Shown here in pieces: positions 25,950 to 40,460 of a stretch of 64,000 nucleotides of DNA. The stretch lies in NCBI RefSeq assembly GCF_009914755.1, contig NC_060947.1; one strand, written 5' to 3'. Under the pieces are notes generated by a model. It saw only the letters and a list, made by a program, of their open reading frames with translations. It had not been told where the DNA came from and searched no databases. The stretch comes from the human T2T-CHM13v2.0 reference genome, Homo sapiens. Position 1 is the first letter of the stretch; every line of letters begins with the position of its first letter. A program made the translations under genes and the position numbers.

Positions 25950-28429
25950 AAAGAAATGTTGAATGGTATTGAAAACCTTTTCTGTGTATTTTTCTTTAGT
26001 CACATCTATATGATGAATCTTATTTATTGATTTGTGTATGTTGAAACACTCTTGCATCCCAGAGATAAAGCCTACTTGATTTTTGCGGGTAAGGTTCTTG
26101 ATGTGCTGCTGGATTTGCTTTGTCAGTATTTTGTTGAGGATTTTTGAATCTATGTTCGTCGAGGATATTGGCAAGAAGTTTCCTTTTTTTGTTTTGTCTC
26201 TGCCAAGTTTTGGTATTAGGGTAATGCTGACTCTACAGGAAGAGTTGAGGAGTCCCTCCTCCTCAAATTTCTGGAATAGTTTCAATAGGAATGATACCAG
26301 TTCTTCTTTGTACATCTGGTAGAATTCAGCTGTGAATCCATCTAGTTCTTGGTTTTTTTCTTTATTTGTTTGATAGGCTAACTATCACTGATTCAATTCC
26401 ACAACCTGTTATTGATCTGTTCATGGATTCAGTTTCTTCCTAGTTCCATTGTGGGAGTGTGTATTTGTACAGGAATTTATCCATTTCTTCTAGGTTTTCT
26501 ACCTTGTGTGCATAGAGGTGTTCATAATATTTTCTGATGGTTATTTCTATTTCTGTGAGGTAAGTGGTGATATCCCCTTTGTCATTTCTAATTGTGTTTA
26601 TTTGTATCTTTTCTCTTTTCTTTATCAGTCTAGCTAGTGGTCTATTTTATTAATTTTTTTCAGAAAGACAACTCCTGGATTCATTAATCTTTTGAATGGT
26701 TGAATGTCTCAATCTGCTTCATTTCAGCTCTGATTTTGGTTACTTCTTCTCTTCTGCTAGCTTTGGAGTTGGTTTGCTCTTGGTTTGCTTGTTCTTTTAG
26801 TTGTGATGTTAGGTTGTTAAATTGAGTTCTTTCTAACTTTTTTTATGTGGGCATTTAGTGCTATAAAATTCCCTTGTATATCTGTTGTAGCTGTGTTCCA
26901 GAGATTCTGGTATATTGTATCTTTGTTCTCGTTTATTTCAAAGAACATCTTGATTTCTGCCTTAATTTCATTACTTACCTAAAAGTCATGCAGAAGGAGG
27001 TTATTTAATTTCCATGTAATTGTATGGTTTTGAACAATTTTCTTAGCCTTGATTTCTAATTTTTTGTGCTGTGGTTCAAGAGAGTGGTTGTTATTATTTC
27101 AGTTATGTTGCATTTGCTAAGGAGTGTTTTATGTTTGATGACATGGTTGATTTTAGAGTACGTGCTGTGTGACAATGAGAAGAATGTATATTCTGTTGTT
27201 TTGGAATGGAGAGTTCTGTAAAGGTCTATTAGGTCCATTTGATCCAGTGATGAGTTTAGGTTCTGAATATCTTTGTTAATGTTGTGCCTGGATAATCTGT
27301 CTAATACTGTCTTTGGGGCATTGAAGCCTCCCACTATTATTGTGTAGGAGTCCAAGTCCCTTTGAAGATCTTTCAGAACTTGCTTTATGAAACTCGGTGC
27401 TCCTGTGCTGGGTGCATATATATTTAGGATAGTTAGGTCTTCCTGTTGAACTGAACCCTTTATTATTATGTAATGCCCTTCTTTGTCTTTTTTGATCTTT
27501 GTTGCTTTAAAGTCTGTTTTGTTTGAAATTAGGATTACAACTTTGCTTTTTTCTGCTTACCATTCACTTGGTAGATTTTTCTCCATCTCCTTTTTATTTT
27601 GAGCTTTTGGGTGTCATTGCATGTGAGATGGGTGTCTTGAAGACAGCATACCATTGGGACTTGCTTTTTATCTAGTTTACCACTCTGTGCCTTTCCAACT
27701 GGATCTTTTAGCCCATTTATATTAAAGGTTAGTATTGATATGTGCAGATTTGATCCTGTCATCATGTTAGCTGGTTGTTATGCAGGCTTGTTTGTGTGGT
27801 TGCTCTATAGTGTCACTGGTCTACACATGTAAGTGTGTTTTTGTAGTGACTGGTAGCAATCCTTTCTTTCCATAATTAGTGCTTCCTTTAGAAGCTCTTA
27901 TAAGGCAGGTCTGGTGTAATAAATTCCCTCAGTATTTTCTTGTCTGTAAAGTATTTTCTTTACTTGTCTGTAAAGTATTTTCCCTCAGTATTTTCTTGTC
28001 TTATTTCTCCTCCACTTATGAAAGTTAGTTTGGCCAGGTAGGAAATTCTTGGTTGAAATTTCTTTTCTTTAGGAATGTTGAATATTGGCCTTCAATCTCT
28101 TCTGGCTTGTAGGATTTCTGCTGATTGGTCTTCTGTTAGTTGGATGGGCTTCCCTTTGTAGGTGATCTGACCTTTCTCTCTAGCTGCCTTTAACATTTTT
28201 CTTTCATTTTGACCTTCGAGAATCTGAAGATTATAGGTTTTGGGGATGATCTTCTAGTAAAGTATCTTACTGGGTTCTCTGTATTTTGTGAATTTGGATA
28301 TTGGCCTGTCTAGCTAGATTGAGGAAATTCTTATGGATAATATCCTGAAATATGTTTTTCAAGTTTCTTTCATTCTTCCCATCTCTTTCAGGGACATCAA
28401 TAAGTTGTAGATTTGGTCTCTTTACATAA

Positions 28430-28910
<481 letters not shown>

Positions 28911-30941
28911 TGAAGTATGTTTTCCAACCCTATCATGTTGGTTACATTCTTTTCTATAAGGGCTATATTTTTCTGTTAGCTTCTGGATTTTATTGTGATT
29001 CTTAGCATCCTTGGTTTGGGTTTCAACATACTCCTGCATCTCTGTGATCTTTTTTCCTATGCATATTCTGAATTCTATTTCTGTCATTTTAGCCATCTTA
29101 GCCCAGTTCTGAATCCTTGCTGGAGAACTACTGTAGTCCTTTGGAGGAAAGAAGACATTCTGGCTTTTTGAATTGTCAGAGTTCTTACGCTTGTTCTTTC
29201 TCATCTTTGTGGGCTGGTGTTCCTGCAATCTGGAAGTTGCTGTTCTTTGAATGGGTTTTATTTCCTTTATCCTATTTGGTGATTTTGAGGATTCGATTTT
29301 GGTATAAGATGGGTTCAGTCAACTGACTGTTTCTGGAAGATTTAGGGGGTCAAGGCTCAACTCCCAACTCCTGGATCACATGCTCTAATACTGGAGGACT
29401 TGTATCTGGTCCCTATTTTGTTATCTGGATCCTTGATATTAGGAACCTACTGTACTTGTTGCATTGTGTGTGGGGCAGGGGTGAGGGGTCAAAATGCTCC
29501 CAGACTGCTGGTCACTACACTCTGATGGGTAATGGCAGCCAAAATGTTTCATAGAGTAGTGGTGGCTGGATCCATTCTTGTTCTCATGTGCCAGTGGCAG
29601 CAGAAGTGTGGTGGGGTGCATGCTGGTTGGTTTCGGCAGGGTGCTAGTGAGTGCCAGGTGCCTGCCTTTGTGGAGGTGTTTACAGCAGCACAGTTCAGGT
29701 GTGCTGGGGTCCTTCACTGGTGACTATGCTCACAATTGCACTGGTGATGGTATTAGCACAGGGGCTGGCCGCTGACAGGCAAAGCTCTGTGTGCATTTAT
29801 GTTGGCAGGGTTGACCACTCAGGGTTGGGGGGATGGTCCACTGTGTCTAGTTTTACTCTGGTGACAGCGTTGACACAAGAATGGGGCAGGGGCAAGGTGC
29901 TGGCAGGGTGGGGTTTACTGTTTCTGCCCACCAGGGCTCCATCTGCAATGGCTGTACAGCAGGGGAGGGGCACAAACTGCATTCCCACCGGCAGTAGAGG
30001 CAGGGCAGTGTGCATGTGCACATGGATGCTGCAGGGTAGGTATGGCAAGATCCACCCATGCACACAAGCACTAGCAAAGTGATGTGTGGGGTTGCTGTGG
30101 GCCCAGGGGAAGCTGCAGTGTGGGGAGGGTGTGGGCAGGCTGGTATGTGGTCCTGCAGGCCGCCCTGCTAGAGCTTGTCACCAGTCAGGTGCAGTCTGCC
30201 AGCACAGGTGCTATGATGCGGGCCCCCAAGGCACCTGAGGCTGCACTGCAAGCAGATGTGGTCAGGCTGGGGCTTCGGGAGAGGCCAGCAGACCAAGAGC
30301 TGCTCAAGTTGGACTGTTCCTGTCTGTTGGGCAAGACCACCCTGCAGAGTTCAGATTCGACAGTTCCCTTAGGGCTAAACTCTCCTGTGGGATGAAGTCA
30401 AGCTTAAGGGGATGGGCGTCCCTAGCTGAGCTCAGCTACAGATGCTCCTGCACCAAACTATCTGGGCTCCACACCAGCTGGTGTGCTGCACCTACCACTT
30501 CTCTAAGAAGCTCTCCTTCCCAACTCAAGTGTCTGTGGTTGTTGGGGGGTCACCTTCTGCCTGGATACCAGAGGCCCATAGCAAAAATGGGTTACTCCTT
30601 TCTAGTTCAATTCACCCATTTCCCAGAGACATAGTGGGCCAGGAATGAGTCCCAGTGTGCAGCAGCCCCATGCAAGCTTCCCAGCTTCCTCTTCCTTCAG
30701 CCCAGCTTCTATGTCTTCCCTTTGTCCACTTTCAGTGCCTTCTCTCTGAAGAATTGTTAGGAATGCACCAGTTGTCTTTGTCTCTGCGTGGCAGCTCTTC
30801 CACCTGGCTGCTTCTAGTTGGCTTGCTCTAACTCCAAGAAGCCTGAATTTAATTGGATCAATCTGTTAAGCAATTTATGACCTACCCAGCAATTGGTGAA
30901 GATTAACAGGTGAGTGTGGTCAGGGAACCAGACAAAGGAAC

Positions 30942-31420
30942 TGCAGGGCAAGGTGTCGGAGCCCCAGCATCGGGAAGTGGTCAACTCGTTGGTTGGTAAG
31001 TAGAATTTACTGACAACAGTATAGGCTTGAAAAAGGAAAGTTTTATTAGAAAGAGAGAACACTGTAGAAGAGCGCAACGGGGTGCCTCAGCAGGAGAGGA
31101 CTGAGTGTACTGTGGTGGATTTTTTCCTTAGGGGTATTTATGGACTTTAAGGGGGAGCTGAAGGGTAATGTGCATGATAAATGATTACTTTTTTATACAT
31201 TTTGGTGCCTTAATGTCAGCAAGGATTGCACAATAGTTTCGGCAAGCATGCATTCCAGAGATGTATAGAAATTATAGTTACTTAGAAATTTTAAGTTGAA
31301 ATAAGGCTTGGAACCAGGTGCTTTAGATAATAGGGAATTCTAATTACTTTGAAATTCCTCAAATAAGGAGTTTTTGTCTTTGGGGCCTGCCTGATCACCA
31401 GGTGAGCCTTGCTCCCCTCA
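30942..31420 (-). mobile_element. ERV1 solo LTR (MER67-like)
   Basis: TG...CA ends; TSD-like ggaac/ggaat; L1M sequence resumes after it. Confidence 0.6.
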
Positions 31421-31719
31421 GGAATCCTGCAAATACACTGTCATCCCACAGTGACTGTGGGCATACCCAAGCCTTTACTCTCTGAGGAGGAACATCAGGG
31501 GTTTCACACTTTGGAAGAGGGAGAGTAGACTTCAGCTAAATAATACAACCAGTCACTATACAAATCACAAAGTGAATAACAATAATAGGCCCGAAGTTGG
31601 GAGGAGGAACCAATACCCAGAGTTGCTGCAATATATTGTACAAAATGTACAGTTTCTCACCAAAAAAAAAAAAATTATAAGACTTGCAAAGAAACAGGGA
31701 AATTTAACCCTGGTTTTAG

Positions 31720-32222
31720 TCTACTCCTATTCACTCTATTGGTGAGAGAGGGATCCTACACCCTAAATAGTAAGAGATAGCCAAACACACAACACATAAC
31801 ACTGGACAGATGGAATCAAAGTGAAGTTTATCAATCAAACATACAATTCTGAAGGAGGGCATAGCACGCCATTCAGGTCCATATGGAGGTTGCACTCAGG
31901 AAAAGAGTGAATTAGCACGGCCTTTAGAGAAAGGCTTTGTGGTAAAAACAGACTGAGGTAACTAACTCCAACTTTTATAGGTAGATGCTATTGGTTTGTA
32001 TGAATAATCTGCAGCCTGGCAAGGAAATGAAGCCCTTTAGGCTGAGGACTGGGAAGAGTATAGCTGGTCTGGCTGATAGGGAAACTAGCTTGGTGGAGAG
32101 GCTTTCCTTCTGAGGTGGAGGAACATATAGGGCAAGAGTAAAATAAATTCTGGCTAGACTTTTGAGGTCCTATGAGGCTCAAAGATGTCAAGACAGCACA
32201 TGGAACTTGAGGCCTTGCAACA
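31720..32222 (-). mobile_element. ERVL-type LTR (MER76-like)
   Basis: acactggacagatgg...ggaggttgcactcaggaaaagagtgaa...ccttgcaaca. Confidence 0.55.
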
Positions 32223-33234
32223 CATACGCATACATTGGGGAAAAAGTGGTCAAAAGAAATTGGCTGGCTTTGCATTCAGGTCCCTGTACATACGGTGCAG
32301 CAGGGCAGTAGGTAAGAAATCAAAACTGGCTGAGGGAGCTGGTTCTGTTGCTGCTGCAGGCTAAGCAGAAAAGATACACACATTGAGCAGTTAGGATCAT
32401 CATCAGGGCCTGAGGACACTTCTTTGTTGCCACAGTTAGTTTTATATGAGGCACCCATCAGTGATGAGGCTAAGAACATACAAAGGTTCTCAGCAATCAA
32501 ATCAAATCTAAATACAATGTACTGACAGAAAAGAGGAAATATTTACAGGTTTACAATACCCTGCCTTCAGGAGGAGAAAAACCACCAAAGAATGAAACTG
32601 CCTGTTGACTTCAGTTTTTTCTCTTCACCCAAGAGAGCAAGAGAGAGAAAATCTTTCAAAATAGAGTAGAATTGGACATGATATATATAATAATTTGATC
32701 ACATCAACATCTAGAGCAGGAGAAAAGCCTAACAAATATCTTGAAATCTGGTAGTTATGAAATGATAAGTTAATACATAAAACAAAATGTAGAAGTAGAA
32801 GATACTCCTTCCTCTGGCAGTCCCCCAAGGACTACATTGCTGGGGACTATATTTTCTCCTGTCTTCAACTATTTCTTCACTGGGAAATAAAAATGTAACA
32901 TCAAGATCAGATTCTTCAGGACAGGCTGTGGAAGCTGAAGAGATACTAAAACAACTTGATATGAAACCGGTGGGTGAAATCACTACTGGTAGGACAGAAT
33001 CAAATAATGGAGCAGCTTCTTCAAATCAAGCAGTTCAAGGGAGGCTATCAATAAATTATGGTTTAGAAGAAGCAGAAGGCACAGTTCATTGTGATATCCC
33101 ACCCCTTGAACGCAAATAACTTAGACAGTGATTATTCATCAGCTCATGCAGAAGCTGCCTAAGAATAAGACTAGAAAGTATTTGACCCTAATTATGTCAT
33201 CAAGCATGTTCTATCACTAACAGAAAAAACAACT

Positions 33235-34608
33235 TGTAAATTTGTTTAAGTTTCTTATAGGTGCTGAATATTGACCTCTGTCAGATGCATAGTTTGTAAT
33301 AATTTTCTCCCATTCTATAGGTTGTCTATTCATTCTGTTGATAGTTTCTTTTGCTGTGCAGAAGCTCTTTAAGTTTAATTAGATCCGATTCGTCAGTTTT
33401 TCCTTTTGTTGCAGTTGCTTTAGCTGTCTTTGTCATGAAATCTTTGCCTGTTCTTATGTCCATGATGGTATTGCCTAGGTTGTCTTCCAGATTTTAATAG
33501 TTTGGGGTTTTACATTTAAGTCTTTAATCTATCTTGAGTTGATTTGTGTATATGGCATAAGGAAGGGGTCCAGCTTCAATCTTCTGCATATGGCTAGCCA
33601 GTTATCCCAGCACCATTTATTGAATAGGGAGTCTTTTTCCCATTCCTTGTTTTTTTCAACCCCATTAAAAAGCGGGCAAAGAACATGAACAGACACTTCT
33701 CAAAAGAAGAAGTACATGCATCAACAAGCATATGAAAAATAGCTCAATAACACTGATCATTAGAAAAATGCAAGTCAAAACCACAATGAGATACCATCTC
33801 ACAATGGCTATTACTAAAACCAGTCACAATGGCTATTTACTAAACTAGTCACAATGGCTAATTACTAAACCAGTCACAATGGCTATTACTAAAAAGTAAA
33901 AAAAAACCAGACTCTGGTGAAGTTGTAGAGAAAAGGGAACCCTTATACATTGTTGGTGGGAGGGTAAATTAGTTCAAACATTGTGGAAAGCAGTATGGTG
34001 ATTCCTCAAAGAGCTAAAAGCAGAACTACCATTCAACCCGACAATCCTGGCAATACCATTACTGGATATATACCCACAGTAATATACATCATTCTACACA
34101 AAGACATATGCACATGAATGTTCATTCCAGCACTGTTCACAATAGCAAAGGAATGGAATCAACCTAAATGCCCATCAGTGACAGACTGGATAAAGAAAAT
34201 GTGGTACATATACACCATGGAACATTATGTAGCCATAAAAAAGGAGATAATGTCTTTTGCAGAAACACGAATAGAGCTGGAGGCTATCATCCTTAACAAA
34301 ATAATGCAGGAACAGAAAAGCAAATACTGCACATTCTCACTTATAAGTGGAAACTAAATGATAAGAACTTATGTACACAAAGAAGGAAACAACAGCCACT
34401 GGGGTCTACTTGAGGGGTAAGGTGGGAGGAAGGAGAGAAGCAGAAAAGATAACTATTGGGTACTGAGTTTAGTACCTGGGTGATATAACATGTACAATGA
34501 ACCCTTGTGACACATGATTATCTATGTAACAAACCTTCACATGTACCCCCAAACCTAAAATAAATTTTCTTAAAAAGGAAACAAGTTAAAAGAATTTCAA
34601 AAAGAAAA
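33235..34608 (+). mobile_element. 5'-truncated old L1PA/PB with 5' inversion (33235-33655 on minus strand)
   Basis: TSD aaaaaacaact (33224-33234 / 34609-34619); the inverted and forward parts are adjacent in L1 coordinates. Confidence 0.9.
33796..33895. repeat. 4 x 25-bp tandem repeat (cagtcacaatggctattactaaa-c) inside the L1
   Basis: Units start at 33796, 33821, 33846 and 33871. Confidence 0.9.
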
Positions 34609-35893
34609 AAAAAACAACTAAATAGGAAAGCTGCACACCAGAATTCTGCCTATTTTTAGACCTGAAAGAAACACTAGTACACTGCAGTCAATCTAAATGA
34701 GTAAGAAGATGTATCACTTATTTTTCCAGTTCATGCTAAGATTTTATCAGGTTTATATGAGATTAAGATCATGCTTCGAATAATTGCTGAAATGAATTTC
34801 TCAGCGGTATCAATGTTTCTACTGCTTCTAAGAAGGTATATGCAGACAAGTTACTGAATATATTAGACCTGAAAATGTGACTAGGTAACTGGTCAGGCAC
34901 CAGCCCTTCTGAAAATATTTTGTTTGTGGACAAGGAAACTATATAAAGGACTTAAATATCCTCGAAAGAGATCTTTCAAAAACTAAAATAATGAATAACC
35001 CACCATAAGCATTTGCATATTAGCTTTCTAATGGAATCCCTATAGAATTGTGGTTTATAGATTAAAATGCCAGTGAACAACTTAAATTGATTTCATTTCT
35101 GGAGAATCTTGTAGAACTGAATGAAGATATTTGACTTCATGTCAGAGACAGATTTCACTTACATCACTTGCTGTCATCAGATTAAACACAAAGACTTGTC
35201 AAATCACTTAAGGAAGAGAGAAGTTAGGGCCCTTTTGGACTAACATAAAAATATTGTCAATACAATTGAAATTTTGTGTTTTGTACCCCATCTTGCTTTT
35301 CTTCTTCAGTGTCCAATAATAATGATTACAAAAATCCATCTCAGATTGAATATATACAGCAGGAGACTACAAACAGAAATCTTTGGAACTTGTGCAACTA
35401 TTGTATTTTTTTAATGTATAGGATGTCTGCAGCTTATTAAAAATTCTATTTTTTCCACAAGCAATTTGACCCATAGTCAAACAGGATTTTATAATAAGAG
35501 ATGAAAATGAACTTGGATTTTCATATCTGCTTTTTGCCCTAAGTGGAGTTGAAGCTACTTTTCTGTTACTTTACGATTGTCATTTCAACAGATACTGCCA
35601 GTAAGTTTTCTTTTCCCTATATTTTATAACCTTGTTAACCTGTTTGACCTGTATTAAATTAGCATTTCATTATGCATTCTCTTTAGTTGGGGCACTTCAT
35701 AGTTTTTTGGACCTAATAAATTTTTATTACCCATTTGAATGCCATTTTTGTGCTTTGTTTTCCTGCATGCTGCATATTTGTTTTTTAAATATTCTCAAAT
35801 GTTAGTCATTGAAAATTTCATTTGGAAAGATGTACATTTGTATATTTTTCTGTAATCTACTGTAGGTGAACTCTATTAGAATAGATAAGAATA

Positions 35894-36694
35894 TATGTAC
35901 ACTGTTGGAGGGAATGTAAATTAGTGCAACGACTATGTAGAACAGTTTAGAGGTTCCTCAAAAAACTAAAAATAGAGCTACCATATGATCCAGGAATCCC
36001 ACTGCTGGGTATATACCCAAAAGAAAAGAAATCAGTGTATCAAAGATATATCTGCACTCCTGTGTTTGTTGCAGCACTGTGTACAAGAGCTAAGATTTGG
36101 AAGCAACCTAAGTGCCTATCAACAGATGAATGGATAAAGACTATGTGGTACGTATACACGATGGAGTACTATTCAGCTATAAAAAGAATGAGATACAGTC
36201 ATTTGCAACTACAGAGATGGCAATGGAAGAATTATGTTAAGTGAAATAAGCCAGGCAGAGAAAGACAAAAAATTTGCATGTTCTCACTTATTTGTGGGAG
36301 CTAAAAATCAAAACAATTGAACTCAGACATGGAGAGTAGAAAAATGATTACTGGAGGCTGGGAAAGATAGTTGGGGATTTGCGGGGAGGTGGGGATGGCT
36401 AATGGGTACAAGAAATTAGAAAGAATAAATAAGACCTACTATTTGATAGCACAATAGGGTGATAATAGTCAATAATAACTTAGTTGTATATTTTAAAATA
36501 ACGCAAAGAGTGTAATTGGATTGTTTGTAACTCAAAGGATAAATGCTTGAGAAGATGGATACCTCATTCTCCATGATGTGCTTATTTCACATGGCATGCC
36601 TGTATCAAAACATCTCATGTATCCCATAATTATATATGCCTACTATGTACCCACAAATATTAAAAATTAAAAATATAGAGAACCAATTAAAAAA
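35894..36694 (+). mobile_element. 5'-truncated L1MA1/2 3' end
   Basis: ORF2 C-terminus (ORF 36035-36244), L1MA 3'UTR and A-rich tail. Confidence 0.9.
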
Positions 36695-39156
36695 GATTTG
36701 GGTAGCACAAAATTCTGACATTTATAAGATTTTAAAATGGATTATATAGCCTCTCATTCCTTGTTATTTGATAGCCATTTTGATTTCCCCTTTCGGTTAT
36801 TACAATAAGGTAGAAGGGGATGCCAGGCCTTTGTAGGATCTATCACAGAGAGTCAAGTGTCAATAGTATTAAAGAAGGGTGTACAACTGGAGAAAGTGGG
36901 CAGGCAGCCTGATCAAATGCAAAACACAAATGAGAAGTGCCCTTTAAATAATTGCTGCTCTGAGACCACAAACTGCTTCCCTGAGATATGTAGTCTAAGC
37001 TGGGGGCATCTTGTCCCATCTTGCCAGCTGCTTAAGCCTGTCCTCTAAATCACTGAACCACCCTTATGGCTTGGGGATGATATGAAGCACAGAGAGTCCA
37101 TCATATACTTATGATTGTGTCCACTGGTGGACACAAAACTATAGCTTTGGTCACAAATCTGAAGCCATTATTAGATGCAATGTGTTCAGGAAACCTGAAC
37201 AGGAAATAAATGTGGTTTTCCAGGTCCGGGATAGCCTAACCTAAGTCAGTGGAGCAGACAGGGATGGCTAAGACAAACTCCAAATTAAGTTTCATCTGTC
37301 CTCAGAATCCAGTGAAACCCTCTAGATGGGCCCAAAGCCCCAATGTAATGAAACTGTTGAGAATTTCCTGTCTGATTGGCTTGGGGTATCTGTCCCTGGG
37401 TACTGGTAAACCTTGGGCAAGGTTTAGCAGGCAGGAGAGATTTTCCATTCTGCTTCATCATTTTCTAATGATAGTGACAATCCATCTGTGTAGGTCAAGT
37501 CTGGAATAGTGTCAGAATTCCTATGGGTCATCCTCTTGTGTATCCAGGAGGTGATCTACCAAACATCTACTTGCTCTGGAGCAGAGGACATTTTAGTCCC
37601 TGCACTTAGCTGACAAGCACAGTATGCTCATTGATTGTGTTTCCCTTATCAGCCTAGAGGCCTTTCTTTTGAATATCTACATAAGGAACAAAATGTTTAT
37701 TAGGAGCTGAACTAACCTTTCTCTAAATGCCTTGGTCTCACTGGGAAGCTTGTTTTATATGCCAGTCTGAGACTTCTTAGTAGCCTGATCAAATGACCAT
37801 GCCATTACCTATAACTCATGAATCAGATAGGTTTACAGTTTTCTATTTTCAGTAAAGTAGCAATTCCCATAAGAACCTAGAGGTGAATGCTAGCAGAGGT
37901 GTGTGTGTGTGTGTGTTTACACACACATATATATACACACAATATATATATCAATTTCAATAACACATTCAGTAGTGCAGTCCATAAAAACAGATTTGTA
38001 GGAGCCCACTGGTACCTACCTACAGTCGAGCTTTATGGTGGTAGCTTTAGGCTTCAAACTGGAAGGTATTATCTACTTTTCTCTCAGGTGTCAGGTGTGA
38101 GGACCATAGTCACCTATGAAACAATACCTAGACGGCCAAGAAGTTTAACTTTTTCACTTTTTAATTGAATCTTAACCTTGGCATAGGGACTCCCAGCCTC
38201 ACTGTGGATAGAGAGACATTGGTTTAATCCCTAGTCTTGTTTGTTTTTTAAAGCTGAGAGGTCTGGGCAAAAACTGTTGAGCCTTTTCATCTATCCCCAG
38301 GCTTACAGGGAGGAGTGGAGGGAGCAAAACCTGCATGAGTCACAGGGGCTGCCAATGTATAGAGCCAAGTGGGGCCACCTGCCTTGATTTGGCCATAAGT
38401 TTTCTAGGGAGAGAGGGAGCAGAGAGTGGGTGGAACTATGGACTGGAGTGGACGGCTGTTTGCTGGCCAGGACTTCTAAAGCTATGCAAGGCAGGCCTGT
38501 TCAACCAGAGCCTGGGCTTCCTTGGAGGGGGATGGCACCCACATGGCTACAGCTGCTGTTGCTCTTGCTGATTGCATTCTGTTATTCTGGCAATGGCTGC
38601 TGTGAGGACACTCTAAAGAAAGGAGCTTGTAGTAACACACCCCACACCATGACACTACCTTATTAACTTTAGCAATAGTACCTCTGGAGAGGTTGTAATT
38701 AAGTTTCTGTGGTCTCTTCAGAGATACTGCGCAAAACTAGGAGGGAACTATATTTTTCTCTTGAAGTTTCAACAACTTGATGCACCGCAGCGTGTTTATT
38801 GGTACCAAGGATATATGTAGAGTTACTTAGCATGTTGGGTAGTCCCCACCCACACTTCTAGTCCTATTATCAGAAATCCCTAAGCAGTGGCTAGGATGCC
38901 GCTTCCCTAGCTTTTCTTTAAATTTCCCTGTTGTATCCCTTTTCTGACAAACCAGTCCAGCTCAGCTGAGGTGTCAGGGACTAAAGAGACTAAAAGTCAC
39001 CTTGGAACTGAAAAGTTTATGTAAAAACCTGCTAAAACCTTCTAAAAATGTCCAATAGCTTCCTCTAGCACTGCCCAAGACCCATACACGTTGCTGGTAA
39101 TATGTATTCTGTATTATAAATGCTTTAGTTTGTTTTTTGCAGAAAATCTGCCATGA

Positions 39157-40134
39157 TTTTTTTAATGAATAAAAATTTTCCATAAAACAAGTTTGGTTTA
39201 TGTGCTAAATTTTAAAACAATTCAGTGACACAATATGCTAACTACATACACCCTATATAATAAAACAGGAAAACACTCAACTTGATGGAATGTTAAAATC
39301 TTCATTAATATACTGAAAATTGGCATAACTCGTCTTTAAAATAAATAATACAAAAGCTATATGTTTGCCTAATATGACTTCCTTATTTGAAACATTCATT
39401 TGAAAATGAAGCTGCATTTATATGTACACATAAGTTATAAAAATTCAACATTAATATACATAAAAATTAGCTGACATACTCCTCAGTTATCAATTGTCTG
39501 CCTTTAATTTCCAATACTATACTTTCTTCACAAGCATACAAAATATCAAAATACTCTTTAGAGAAAACATGCCATTCTTTGAAATCCTTTATACAAAAAT
39601 AGTCTTATCCTGTGGCAAGTTAATGCAGTTGAGAAGCAAATTATACTTTTACAAATTATACCTTCCATTAAAAAGCCTCCCCCAAAGTAGGTTACATACT
39701 GCTATAAAAATTTCAACCTCTTATGGTAGCTTCAAGCACGTAGCTTTAAGCACGTAGCCTTAAAGACTATTTTTATACAACATCAAAAACGACTATGAGA
39801 GCATATTAACTGCATTTGTGGCTTGAGAGAGAGTTGTGCCACAGGATTGTGTATAGGTACTATTAGTTGTGAAGACTATTACATAGAGTTTTAGATTGAC
39901 TATAACCAAAAGCATAATAAACGTACTTCCAGCCCATGCAAAATAACTAAAAACACAGTTATTATGCTGAATACTTCATTCCTAGAGAAAACTGAGGGCA
40001 ACAGTAACCACGTCAAGCCCAACAGGTGGCCACACTCATTCTTCTTAAAGATTGTAGAGTACAGTGAAGTCTGAAGTGGAAATTACCTTTTGGAATACAT
40101 AATATTAAAATGGTTTAAATATTGGAAGTATCAG
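39157..40134 (-). pseudogene. Probable inverted distal 3'UTR of the CTDSPL2 processed pseudogene
   Basis: AT-rich unique sequence with 3'UTR-like composition on the minus strand; joined to 35893 by the displaced TSD; identity and left boundary are inferred, not aligned. Confidence 0.5.
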
Positions 40135-40162
40135 TATTCTTTATTTATTTCTTATTATGTTA

Positions 40163-40460
<298 letters not shown>

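Larger units (their letters stand above)
32240..35893 (+). pseudogene. CTDSPL2 (pseudogene copy): Processed pseudogene of CTDSPL2 (SCP4 CTD phosphatase-like), with 5'UTR and proximal 3'UTR; CDS remnant 32464-35185 interrupted by an L1
   Basis: Intronless; translates to [117 protein letters not shown] and ends in D-stop at 35185; many stops and frameshifts. Confidence 0.93.

Noticed and set aside
29439-30648. Cluster of overlapping ORFs (also 61974-63188)
   Set aside because: GC-rich L1 5'UTR with few stop codons; non-coding
33796-33895. CRISPR-like repeat array
   Set aside because: Head-to-tail tandem repeat with no spacers, L1-derived, in a primate genome
38250-38670. Moderately GC-rich unique segment with two ~78-aa ORFs
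   Set aside because: CpG-poor, with no recognisable protein or promoter features
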